Virus record (IMG/VR): IMGVR_UViG_3300024040_000027
Coordinates: 1 to 59,216 of that record
DNA from: a virus
Taxonomy: Duplodnaviria; Caudoviricetes
Direction: 5' to 3' (one strand)
DNA: 59,216 bases
A program made the position numbers and the translations under genes. Position 1 is the stretch's first letter, and each line of letters starts with the position of its first letter. Shown one piece after another: positions 1 to 7,883 of this stretch. The notes under the pieces were generated by a model. The model searched no databases. It saw only the letters and a program-made list of their open reading frames with translations, and was not told where the DNA came from.

Positions 1-170
1 ATCGCCGGACACCTGCGCATCGCCGTACACCCGCGCATCGCCGGACACCCGCGCATCGCCGTACACCCGCGCATCGCCGTACACCTGCGCATCGCCGGAC
101 ACCTGCGCATCGCCGTACACCTGCGCATCGCCGGACACCTGCGCATCGCCGTACACCCACGCATCGCCGG
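1..170. repeat. 18-bp tandem repeat (GCATCGCCG[G/T]ACACC[T/C]GC), about 9 copies visible
   Basis: Directly visible; encodes the GDA(Q/R/W)V(S/Y) hexapeptides on the minus strand. Confidence 0.95.
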
Positions 171-321
171 ACTGATCGAGATTCTTCTCGGATTCGACAT
201 AGCCGCCCACATCGCCAGCGGCGACGATCAAGCCAACGGCGACAAGCGCCCGAATGCGGTACAGCGTGCTCCCGGCGTACTGCACGGTGTCGCTTTCGAT
301 GAGTTCGTATTTGTTTGCCAT
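1..321 (-). CDS. Phage hexapeptide-repeat (GDAxVY/S, left-handed beta-helix-like) protein, 3'-truncated by window edge; first PL gene
   Basis: Manual translation from ATG at 321: MANKYELIESDTVQYAGSTLYRIRALVAVGLIVAAGDVGGYVESEKNLDQSGDAWVYGDAQVSGDAQVY...; GGGAG RBS upstream; not in ORF track because it runs off the edge. Confidence 0.85.
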   Translation of the reverse strand, partial: MANKYELIESDTVQYAGSTLYRIRALVAVGLIVAAGDVGGYVESEKNLDQSGDAWVYGDAQVSGDAQVYGDAQVSGDAQVYGDARVYGDARVSGDARVYGDAQVSGD

Positions 322-357
322 CCTGCTCCCCTTCGTCTTTTGTGATGCGATGAGGGA

Positions 358-418
358 AGCATACAACAATTGTTTTATAAGATCAAACAAAAGTTGTTTT
401 GGCCGCGCAATTGTTGTG
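358..418 (-). promoter_or_regulatory. PL promoter with OL operators
   Basis: Minus-strand TTGATC-N17-TATGCT (386..358); AACAA..TTGTT palindromes; ATACAACAATTGT (361-373) recurs inverted in the cI/cro intergenic region. Confidence 0.75.
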
Positions 419-471
419 GATGCCTAACGCGCTTTCGAGATCGGCCGGCAGGGCGCACGGCAGGCGGGCGC

Positions 472-496
472 AAAAAAGCCGCTCAGAGCGGCTTTT
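472..496. terminator. Bidirectional intrinsic terminator
   Basis: AAAAAAGCCGCT-CAG-AGCGGCTTTT. Confidence 0.75.
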
Positions 497-539
497 GGAG
501 ACGAACTACAATTTGGGGAACTTTTGGAGGGAGAGGGAG

Positions 540-1016
540 ATGAGCGATCTACTGGATTGGGCCGAGAAGGCAGGGATGGAGAACTTGCGTTTCCGGCTGC
601 AGAATGCGGAGACGCTGGCGAAGGAAGCGGGTACTACCTTGACGATTCTTCTCGCCGGTATGGGCGGTGCGCTGGCCTACGCAATCAAGGGGTTTGAACA
701 GCCGACGCCATCTACCCTCGCGATCGGGGCGGCGGTTCTTGCGGCGTGGCTGATGGCGGTGGGCATCCTGCTGGTTGTGTTCTGCATTCTGACAAAGCCG
801 CTGCAGGTGCCAACAAACGAGCCGAAAAACCTATATCAGAAAGAGTGCAGACTGGAGAAACTTCGGGAACTCGAACTGGAGAATATTCAGGGGCGAATTG
901 AGGAGACGACGGCACGCAATGCAGCCGTCGCTATGTGGCTAGACCGTGTGCGCCTGATGGCGCTGGCAAGCCCTGTTGTATTTGCTATCGTGGCTTGGGC
1001 GTCCGGGGCACGTTAG
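540..1016 (+). CDS. Accessory membrane protein (about 3 TM)
   Basis: ATG at 540 after GGAG-rich RBS; three hydrophobic segments. Confidence 0.7.
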   Translation: MSDLLDWAEKAGMENLRFRLQNAETLAKEAGTTLTILLAGMGGALAYAIKGFEQPTPSTLAIGAAVLAAWLMAVGILLVVFCILTKPLQVPTNEPKNLYQKECRLEKLRELELENIQGRIEETTARNAAVAMWLDRVRLMALASPVVFAIVAWASGAR

Positions 1017-1256
1017 CGTGTTCCCTTCGCTCCGGCGCTGGCTGCGGGATAACAGGTTGGTTTGGCTGGCTCATGGTGGCATTAGAACGTAAACAACCTG
1101 TTTTTGCAGCAACAAAATTCGATGCGTGAGCAAGATCAGGAAGAAAGGCTGCGCTGCTACGTCGCCGGCCTACGCGGAGAGCCTGAACCTATGGGGCAGG
1201 GCGTGGAGTTCGGACGGGGATGGGATTGCGGGGCGAGAGAGCGGGAGAGGGGAATG

Positions 1257-1284
1257 AAAAAGCCCACCGCGGAGGTGGGCTTTT
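1257..1284 (-). terminator. Intrinsic terminator of leftward accessory operon
   Basis: AAAAAGCCCACC-GCGGA-GGTGGGCTTTT. Confidence 0.75.
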
Positions 1285-1304
1285 GGTGCAGCGTAATGGA
1301 CTTC

Positions 1305-1493
1305 CTATGCAAGGTGAGCTGAGTATTGGGATAGCATATCAGCCACTTGTTCCTGGACGTTGTTCTTCGCATTGGGAGCCGACGGATGGTGCATTCGTGG
1401 TTTTGGTTGCATCAGCTTCACCATTTCCGAGGATCGTTGTGTCGCATGTCTCATTGCCTCCATTAGGGGCTCCGGTGTCTGGTGTGGCTTCAT
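1305..1493 (-). CDS. Small 62-aa protein overlapping the protease 3' end
   Basis: GGAG RBS before ATG (MKPHQTPEPL...); ends just before the terminator. Confidence 0.5.
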   Translation of the reverse strand: MKPHQTPEPLMEAMRHATQRSSEMVKLMQPKPRMHHPSAPNAKNNVQEQVADMLSQYSAHLA

Positions 1494-2319
1494 ATGGCTC
1501 TCCATTGATGACGAAGGGGAAAGTGTACAAATTTACATCTGGCACTTTGTTATTTGTCTTCGCAACAAGTGCAGAATGCAATGTTTTGCTTAGGTTAGCA
1601 AGCATTTTCGATGGGCGATGGACTTCAATGAAGATGTTTTTCGCCTCTTTTCGATCAATAACAAACCCATGCGAGGGATAGGCAGATACCAAGTCCTGTA
1701 GACCATTCGCGCGCAAGTTTCCACTTTTCTCCGCCAATCTTCTCCCGTATTCAAATGCAATTTCCATGGCTCGTTGCATTTCCGCCAGCCGCATCGGGTC
1801 TATTTGGGCAGCGATTGGTTCAAAGAGGCCTAAAGTGAGCTTAGATGAAATTTCGGATGCCACTTTTGTAGAAAGGCCGGCATTTTTAGTAAGGTTTACC
1901 AAATATTGGGAAAATGCATGCATTGCCTGATTCTGCAGGTAATTCACTGCTTGAATAATGTCGAGTCCAGAATTTCTCCCGACAAGTTCATCGCTTTTTT
2001 TCACTTGGATATCAAGCGGCCCCAGTTCACTCATGTCATCGAGATATAACTTGGAAGCTCCGACAACTATCAGGGTGCCGGCGCTCTTGCAATACCGAGG
2101 AACCAGCGCATAAAATTTCTCATATGTATGCTGAATGGCGCGTGCAATACGAAATCCCGCGTGTGGATCGCCACCTGGCGTTGAAAGTACGATAAGGGCA
2201 TGGTCCGACCTTTTCTTCTCTAGGGCTTGGCAAACAGCTTCGTACCCAGCAGATGTTACCTCTCCTGCATATGTGATGACGTCCGTACATTTATTGGCCG
2301 GTATTTCGTTTTGATGCAT
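1339..2319 (-). CDS. ClpP/crotonase-fold serine protease (SDH/SppA-like, S49-related)
   Basis: Motifs TPGGDP, CKSAGTL, SELGPLDIQ, YPSHGFVIDRKEA; visibly AT-richer than flanks; GGAGG RBS before ATG 2319. Confidence 0.8.
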   Translation of the reverse strand: MHQNEIPANKCTDVITYAGEVTSAGYEAVCQALEKKRSDHALIVLSTPGGDPHAGFRIARAIQHTYEKFYALVPRYCKSAGTLIVVGASKLYLDDMSELGPLDIQVKKSDELVGRNSGLDIIQAVNYLQNQAMHAFSQYLVNLTKNAGLSTKVASEISSKLTLGLFEPIAAQIDPMRLAEMQRAMEIAFEYGRRLAEKSGNLRANGLQDLVSAYPSHGFVIDRKEAKNIFIEVHRPSKMLANLSKTLHSALVAKTNNKVPDVNLYTFPFVINGEPYEATPDTGAPNGGNETCDTTILGNGEADATKTTNAPSVGSQCEEQRPGTSG

Positions 2320-2387
2320 TCGCCCCCTCCCTGAGAGTTGTTGTTTTAGTACATCGACCGCCATTCCATGTTCTGATCCCAGTGCGC

Positions 2388-2864
2388 CTACCGCCTAGCC
2401 TTGCGCCACTCCCACGGCGCCACAGGCTCCTTGTCCGCCCACAGCCCGCGCCGTGCCGCCTTGGCCTGCTCTTGCAGCTCAGGCAACTCCCGATCCTTGT
2501 TGTATTTCTGGTAGGTCCAGGCGAGGCCTCGCTCGACCTGGGCGCGGTTGGCCTCGACGCCGTCGCACGTCACGACCGCGACGGTGCGGCCGTAGCGGTC
2601 AATGTCCTGTACCTGGTAGGTCGCGTCCTTCTCCCAGCAGAGGTCCGAGAGCGACTGCCTAGACCGTTGACCGAACGGTTGCTTCTTCTCCGGCGCATCG
2701 ATGTTCGCCAGCCTGATCTTGAGCGGCTTCTTGTCGACCAGCAGCGTCATGGTGTCGCCGTCTGCAATGCCGATCACCTGATGCGCGTGAGCGTGCGCCG
2801 CGCTGAGAAAGATCGCAGCGGCCAAGGTGAGGCGCAAGGAGGATTTGCAGTTGATCGTTCGCAT
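2388..2864 (-). CDS. Secreted thermonuclease (SNase family)
   Basis: Signal peptide; DGDT, IRLANIDAPE, DRYGR, ARRGLW motifs. Confidence 0.92.
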   Translation of the reverse strand: MRTINCKSSLRLTLAAAIFLSAAHAHAHQVIGIADGDTMTLLVDKKPLKIRLANIDAPEKKQPFGQRSRQSLSDLCWEKDATYQVQDIDRYGRTVAVVTCDGVEANRAQVERGLAWTYQKYNKDRELPELQEQAKAARRGLWADKEPVAPWEWRKARR

Positions 2865-2874
2865 TCTGCCGGCG

Positions 2875-3507
2875 CTATCTTTGTGGCGCGGTCGGATCGG
2901 ATTTTTCCGGGGAGACGGGGTTCGCATTCGAACTCATCCCGTCTGTCCATTTTTTTTCGCGGCCCCGAACCGCGCCCACCTCTATGTAGGGACCGTCTTT
3001 GGCCTGGAATATGACTGACGTGGATTTGAGTGGACCCAGCGTCAGCTTATAGTGCAGGCGATGCGTTCTGTCGGATTCCCACTTCGGTTTCTCTATCGCC
3101 GTCGTGAGTATTGATTCTGACAAAGGTTCGTTTGCCTTCTCCGGATGGGCTTTTTCGAAGTCATAAAAATCCGCATCCCGCAAGATCAGTTCGACGTAGG
3201 TAATGGTCTGCGATGGGCTGTTGTTCGATATGCGGATGTGTTTCCGCCCGTCTGGCAGGATTTCATAGTTGGTCGCAAGGTTGCAAATTTGCGCGGGGAG
3301 GGCAGAGCCAAATTCCCGCTGTACGGCGGCGTCGTGGGCTTCGTCAATTTTGTTGGCGCAGGCTTTTGCCACCATCCTGCTGGCGGCATCGCTGGAAACG
3401 CCTTTCATTCCGCTTAGGATGCAGTCGTCGTAGGCGCCGGCAAGCACATTTGGCGCGCCGAATGCACTGGCGCAGGCGAGTAGGCACGGGGCGACGAATT
3501 TGCGCAT
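2875..3507 (-). CDS. Exported hypothetical protein
   Basis: Signal-like N-terminus MRKFVAPCLLACASAFG; Cys pair YDDCIL...KAC. Confidence 0.7.
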   Translation of the reverse strand: MRKFVAPCLLACASAFGAPNVLAGAYDDCILSGMKGVSSDAASRMVAKACANKIDEAHDAAVQREFGSALPAQICNLATNYEILPDGRKHIRISNNSPSQTITYVELILRDADFYDFEKAHPEKANEPLSESILTTAIEKPKWESDRTHRLHYKLTLGPLKSTSVIFQAKDGPYIEVGAVRGREKKWTDGMSSNANPVSPEKSDPTAPQR

Positions 3508-3511
3508 GCAG

Positions 3512-3685
3512 CTACTCTTTGTCTGCCTTGGAGGCCGGCCGCACGACAAAAAATTCATAGGCGGCCGCGAAGCCGAATACGAGCAGCAAAGCTGGGGTTC
3601 CCGTGATGAATCGGCTTCCAATCAGCCACAGGAAAAAGAGCAGGATGACCGCGCCGAACAGACGTAATTTTGTGGTTTGCTTCAT
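3512..3685 (-). CDS. Small 2-TM membrane protein
   Basis: GGGAG RBS; MKQTTKLRLFGAVILLFFLWLIG... Confidence 0.65.
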   Translation of the reverse strand: MKQTTKLRLFGAVILLFFLWLIGSRFITGTPALLLVFGFAAAYEFFVVRPASKADKE

Positions 3686-4031
3686 TGCTTCTCCCTGATG
3701 GATCCCTAGAAAAGTTATGTTTTTCACATTAAATCCACAGCTCGATAGCCTTGTGAAATCCGCTGGCGCCGCTTGCGGATTTCCCCCGGCGATGGCCGCC
3801 ACTTGAAAATATTGCCACAAAGAACTAAAAAATTGGCAAATAACCTACCTAATTTGGCAAGAATTAACAATCCTGTCATGAGATTGTGCGGCGCTTTCTC
3901 GCCTCGGATGGCGAAATCACATGGCCTTAAGCAGACGACACAGCCGCGCCACCCGCAGTGCGGTAGGCCGATAATAGGCCTGAAGAGAATTAACAAACTC
4001 GCTATGGATTTCCAGACGGCACCGAATTACA

Positions 4032-4047
4032 CTGATTATTCATACAG
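4032..4047 (+). promoter_or_regulatory. Putative LexA (SOS) box overlapping a TACACT -10 element
   Basis: CTG-ATTATTCATA-CAG matches CTG-N10-CAG, one mismatch to CTGT-N8-ACAG. Confidence 0.7.
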
Positions 4048-4118
4048 TGATTTGTTCCCCGCAGGTCTCAGGCGACCAGAACCACAAGCCACTGTCGGTC
4101 CAGCTTGTTGGGGAAGGC

Positions 4119-4316
4119 ATGCAAAAACAAAAATTAGAGGCGCTGATGCGGGACATCCTGATTCTTGATGGCCCGGCCCAGGAGATGATCTGCAGGATGG
4201 TCGCGCTTGAGGCAGACAAAATCCGCGCCCAACGCCCTGTGTTGCGTCTAATCGTTGGTGGCGCCGCTACGATCGGTGCTCGTGCCTCCGGCGCCTCTTG
4301 CAAAGTTCAGAATTAA
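4119..4316 (+). CDS. Small protein convergent with and overlapping cI; candidate SOS-inducible antirepressor
   Basis: RBS GGGAAGG; downstream of LexA-like box; helical sequence ending LRLIVGG. Confidence 0.6.
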   Translation: MQKQKLEALMRDILILDGPAQEMICRMVALEADKIRAQRPVLRLIVGGAATIGARASGASCKVQN

Positions 4317-4619
4317 TTCGCGCTCGCGCCTATCGGCCCTGCCGAAACACAAAATCAACTCCGATATATCGCTGGCCTTGAGTTCGTTCTGATCTCTCGG
4401 CCCGATATCTTCCCCGTCGCTCTTGCTCTCGGTCCCGAGCAGTTCGTTCGCGGTCTTCCCCAGTGCCGCCGCCAAGGCGCTCGTAAATGAGGACGACTTG
4501 CTGTCGCGCTTCTCAAGGGCGCTAAGTGCCGGCTGGTCCATCCCGGCGCGCTCCGCCAACTGCGCTTGAGTCAGCCCAGCATCCTTCCTGAATTTCTTTA
4601 CGTTCGCTCCTAGTGCCAT
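4248..4619 (-). CDS. cI: CI-like repressor (XRE HTH), no S24 autopeptidase domain
   Basis: LTQAQLAERAGMDQPALSALE HTH; divergent from cro-like gene; only 123 aa. Confidence 0.85.
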   Translation of the reverse strand: MALGANVKKFRKDAGLTQAQLAERAGMDQPALSALEKRDSKSSSFTSALAAALGKTANELLGTESKSDGEDIGPRDQNELKASDISELILCFGRADRRERELILNFARGAGGTSTDRSGATND

Positions 4620-4625
4620 GGCACC

Positions 4626-4692
4626 AATTTACAACAATGGTTGTTATAGTCAAACAACAAATGTTTACACATAACGACAATTGTTGTATTGT
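4626..4692. promoter_or_regulatory. OR region: PR and PRM with three operator-like palindromes
   Basis: Plus TTTACA-N17-TATTGT (4664-4692); minus TTGACT-N16-TAAATT ending 6 nt from cI ATG (leaderless as in lambda cI); AACAA/TTGTT repeats shared with OL. Confidence 0.8.
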
Positions 4693-4700
4693 GCTTGGTC

Positions 4701-5003
4701 ATGAACCTCCACATTAAAAAAGCGTGCCGCTTGGTCGGCGGGCAGACAGCCCTAGCCAAAGGGATAACCCAAATCACCGGAAAAAAAGTCACGCAGCAGC
4801 GCGTTCGCAATTGGCTTCTGCGCGGCGACGAGGTTCCCGCAGATTTTATGGCGGCCATCGAAACACTCACCAATAAACAGGTATCGAGACAGGCGATGCG
4901 CCCCGAGGATTGGCAAGTTGTCTGGCCGGAATTGGTCGATGCTCAGGCCGCCAATCACCTCCCCATCGGCGATCTGGCAGCCCAAAGCTGCGCTGGAGGC
5001 TGA
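4701..5003 (+). CDS. cro: Cro-like regulator (YdaS family)
   Basis: GGQTALA...VTQQRVRNW...RPEDWQVVWPEL signature. Confidence 0.85.
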   Translation: MNLHIKKACRLVGGQTALAKGITQITGKKVTQQRVRNWLLRGDEVPADFMAAIETLTNKQVSRQAMRPEDWQVVWPELVDAQAANHLPIGDLAAQSCAGG

Positions 5004-5057
5004 CCAATTACTCGCGCCGGCCAAGGCCGGAAATTCACCACTTCACAGGGGGGTTCT

Positions 5058-5306
5058 ATGGGACGAAAAAAAACAGCCGTGCATCCGTTGCTCGACCATC
5101 TTCTGCGGCGACAGGGGTTGCAAAAGGATTCTGCCTTGGCGCTGGAACTGGGTATGGACCCGGCGCACGTCAGCAGCATTCGGCATGGCCGGCGACCTGC
5201 TGGAGACACGCTGATCTTGCGCGTGCATGAGCGGCTCGGCATGCCGGTCTCCGAGATCAGAAAAATTGCGGGCCAGCTTGTGAAGCGCCCCGCCAAATCC
5301 AACTGA
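5058..5306 (+). CDS. HTH DNA-binding protein (cII position)
   Basis: LLDHLL...DSALALELGMDPAHVSSIRHG HTH. Confidence 0.75.
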   Translation: MGRKKTAVHPLLDHLLRRQGLQKDSALALELGMDPAHVSSIRHGRRPAGDTLILRVHERLGMPVSEIRKIAGQLVKRPAKSN

Positions 5307-5313
5307 TTTCTGG

Positions 5314-5673
5314 GTGGCCGTCGTGAGATTCCCTCAAGTCAACTCGCGCATGTTCTGCATCTTGCAGCGGCTCGGCGATCGTGTTGTGACGCTGGATCAG
5401 GGCATAGCCCTGCACGGCAATTTCCCCACTCCCCATGTCCCGGCCGGAATCCCCAGGAACAAGGTCGGGCTGCTTTATCGCCGCCTGGTTGTGGACGGGT
5501 GTTTGGCGATGGACGGGGATCGGTATCGGGTCACGTTGCAGGCGCGAAATCGCATGGAAAAGACCCTTACTCCACCGGCCGCCGCTGTGATTGTGCCGCC
5601 GTTCCAGCGGAATGTCTGGACCCCTCCGTTGAAAGGATATGCGGAGAGCCTGAGGGAGAGGCCATGCCGATGA
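5314..5673 (+). CDS. Hypothetical early protein (winged-helix-like)
   Basis: ORF track; tight operon packing. Confidence 0.55.
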   Translation: MAVVRFPQVNSRMFCILQRLGDRVVTLDQGIALHGNFPTPHVPAGIPRNKVGLLYRRLVVDGCLAMDGDRYRVTLQARNRMEKTLTPPAAAVIVPPFQRNVWTPPLKGYAESLRERPCR

Positions 5674-5858
5674 TGTCACCATTTTTCGGCGCGCAGATGG
5701 CTCGAGAGAGCACGGAAATCTACCGTGCCAACACCAAGACGGCCGTGATCTACAACTCGCGCATGGTCCGGTGCGCCGGGCCGTGCAACCGCACGCGAAG
5801 CGAAGGGCAGTTCGCCAAGGGCGACTCGTTTTGCAAGATTTGCCGGTTGCGCGCATGA
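5670..5858 (+). CDS. Small Zn-finger protein
   Basis: CAGPC...CKIC; ATGA overlaps at both ends. Confidence 0.6.
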   Translation: MMSPFFGAQMARESTEIYRANTKTAVIYNSRMVRCAGPCNRTRSEGQFAKGDSFCKICRLRA

Positions 5859-6181
5859 GCTACGCCTATCGCTGCATGAGGTGCCGGGGCCGCAACACGC
5901 TGCGGCACGCACTGGAGTGGTATGTGCGGGCGCCGAAGTGCAAGCACTGCAAGCACGACCGGTTTTATTTGGACAAGGCTCGGCAGTATCGGACGGACTA
6001 CTGCAGTTGCGAAGGCTACCACTACACGCATCGACGCTGCAGCACCTATTGCATTCATCGCCCGGACTATGAGCGGAACGTCAGGATTGGACGCTACGGC
6101 GAGGATCCGCTGGAGGTGGATCTGGACATGGCATTCCATGCACCGCCGCCAATTTCTCAACCAAACCAGTGCCCATTCTAA
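5855..6181 (+). CDS. Cys/His-rich phage protein
   Basis: CMRC, CKHC, CSCEGYHYTHRRCSTYC. Confidence 0.7.
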   Translation: MSYAYRCMRCRGRNTLRHALEWYVRAPKCKHCKHDRFYLDKARQYRTDYCSCEGYHYTHRRCSTYCIHRPDYERNVRIGRYGEDPLEVDLDMAFHAPPPISQPNQCPF

Positions 6182-6360
6182 TGAATATCAAAAAAATAAC
6201 GATTAACGACGTGATTCAGGCAGCGCGGATGGATGCCGAATCCGGCCTGCCGGTGACGGCATGCCTCTACGAGGACGAGTTGCATGTGCATTACTACCAA
6301 AAGACACATGCAGAGCGCGTAGCAGAGATGCAGCGGGAGAAGCGGCGTGAGCCTGTCTAG
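6181..6360 (+). CDS. Hypothetical protein
   Basis: TAATG coupling with upstream gene. Confidence 0.55.
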   Translation: MNIKKITINDVIQAARMDAESGLPVTACLYEDELHVHYYQKTHAERVAEMQREKRREPV

Positions 6361-6856
6361 CCACCAATCCGCACGCATGAAGAACGACGAGTGGCTGACG
6401 CCGCCGGAGATCGTGCGCGCGCTCGGCGAGTTTGATCTTGACCCGTGCTCTCCGGTTGAACGGCCGTGGAATACGGCGCGCCATCACTACACGAAGCTGC
6501 TCAACGGACTTGAGCAGGAGTGGCGCGGCCGCGTATGGCTCAATCCGCCATTCGGCCGTGAGGCGGTGAAGTGGTTGCGCCGGCTTGTTGGGCACGGGAA
6601 CGGTATTGCTCTGGTCCCGGCGCGCACCGAAACCGCGATGTTTTACGAATGCGTGTGGGGCGTTGCTAACGCGATCCTGTTCATGCGTGGCCGGCCGCAT
6701 TTCCACTACGTCGATGGTCGGCGCGCGGCATCTAATTCGGGTGCTCCGATCGCGCTTATCGCCTATGGCCACGGAAATGTCGAGGCGCTGAAGGAGAGTG
6801 GGCTTGGTGTTGTTCTTCCGATTTCGGCGAGAACTGAGACAGGGAGCCACCCATGA
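6347..6856 (+). CDS. Phage DNA N6-adenine methyltransferase (phage Dam family)
   Basis: DEWLTPP, FDLDPC, VWLNPPF, ARTET motifs. Confidence 0.9.
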   Translation: MSLSSHQSARMKNDEWLTPPEIVRALGEFDLDPCSPVERPWNTARHHYTKLLNGLEQEWRGRVWLNPPFGREAVKWLRRLVGHGNGIALVPARTETAMFYECVWGVANAILFMRGRPHFHYVDGRRAASNSGAPIALIAYGHGNVEALKESGLGVVLPISARTETGSHP

Positions 6857-7017
6857 CCGAAAAAATCTCTCGACCAATTCTGCGTTACCACGGCGGCAAA
6901 TGGAAGCTGGCGCCTTGGCTGCTTACATTTTTCCCCGCCCATCGTACATACGTTGTTCGCATGAGGCGCGCCAATTTCCACGTCGGCGGCCCCGATTTCT
7001 GGGAGGCCAATCGATGA
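6853..7017 (+). pseudogene. N-terminal remnant of a D12-class DNA adenine methylase
   Basis: MTEKISRPILRYHGGKWKLAPWLLTFFPAHRTYV then diverges where the EPFxG motif I should follow; 54 aa. Confidence 0.75.
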
Positions 7018-7883
7018 CTGCGCGCATGTGGAGACACAACGACCTGGCCGATGATCTGGCCCGGCACCTGCGCGGCGGTGCCGATCGACTGGTATGGACC
7101 GACATGCAACTTGGCCCAGCCGGGTCGCCACGGCCCGACGTTTACACGCTTCCGAAAACCTATTCACGGTTCACGCCGCTTGCGTATGAGGTGAAGGTTT
7201 CGACCGCTGACTTTCGCCGCGACGTGACTGCAGGCAAATGGCAGTCCTACCTTGAATTTTCTGCTGGCGTCGTATTCGCGGCACCGGCCGGCCTGATTAC
7301 GAAGGCCGACGTGCTGCCCGGCTGTGGCCTGATCGTGCGCCATGAGCAGGTCTGGCGCACGGTCAAGGGGCCGACCCTGAAACACGTTGCGACTCTACCG
7401 CATGCGGCGTGGATGAAATTGATGATCGACGGCCTGCCGCGCGCGGTGTTCGCTGGGACGCCGGAGCCTCGCTCTCTGAAACCTTGGAATGTCGAGGCCG
7501 AGGTTCGCCGCAAGTACGGTCAGAAACTGGCAGCGCTGCTATCGGATTTGAGCCTGGCTGAAAGCCGGCTGATGGTCGAAATTGCCAAGGCCAAAGTCAG
7601 CGCCAAGACATTGCGCGAAGCCGAACGTACGCGCGAGCAAGCCGCCCGCGCCATCGTCGAGAAGGAAATGGCCGGCATCCGCAAAGACAGGGCGGATTTG
7701 TGCGCAGCACTCGGGCTTGATGCTGACGCCGACATCTGGACCGTGAGAACTGCTTGCCAGGAAGCAGCCAAGCGTCTCGCTGGCGACGGCGAACTGCAGC
7801 GGCTGCGGCGTCAACTGGAGTGGGCGCAGCAGGCGCTGACCAAGGGGTTGGAGGAATTGCCGGCGATAGCGAGGGTGGCATGA
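7014..7883 (+). CDS. MmcB-like PD-(D/E)xK nuclease with coiled-coil tail
   Basis: RPDV...AYEVKVSTADFRRD...KW...P..CGL. Confidence 0.8.
   Translation: MTARMWRHNDLADDLARHLRGGADRLVWTDMQLGPAGSPRPDVYTLPKTYSRFTPLAYEVKVSTADFRRDVTAGKWQSYLEFSAGVVFAAPAGLITKADVLPGCGLIVRHEQVWRTVKGPTLKHVATLPHAAWMKLMIDGLPRAVFAGTPEPRSLKPWNVEAEVRRKYGQKLAALLSDLSLAESRLMVEIAKAKVSAKTLREAERTREQAARAIVEKEMAGIRKDRADLCAALGLDADADIWTVRTACQEAAKRLAGDGELQRLRRQLEWAQQALTKGLEELPAIARVA

Noticed and set aside
1-170. Possible CRISPR array
   Set aside because: Contiguous 18-bp coding repeats without unique spacers; no cas genes in the window
1104-1322. 72-aa plus-strand ORF
   Set aside because: Runs through a terminator hairpin, no convincing RBS or motif
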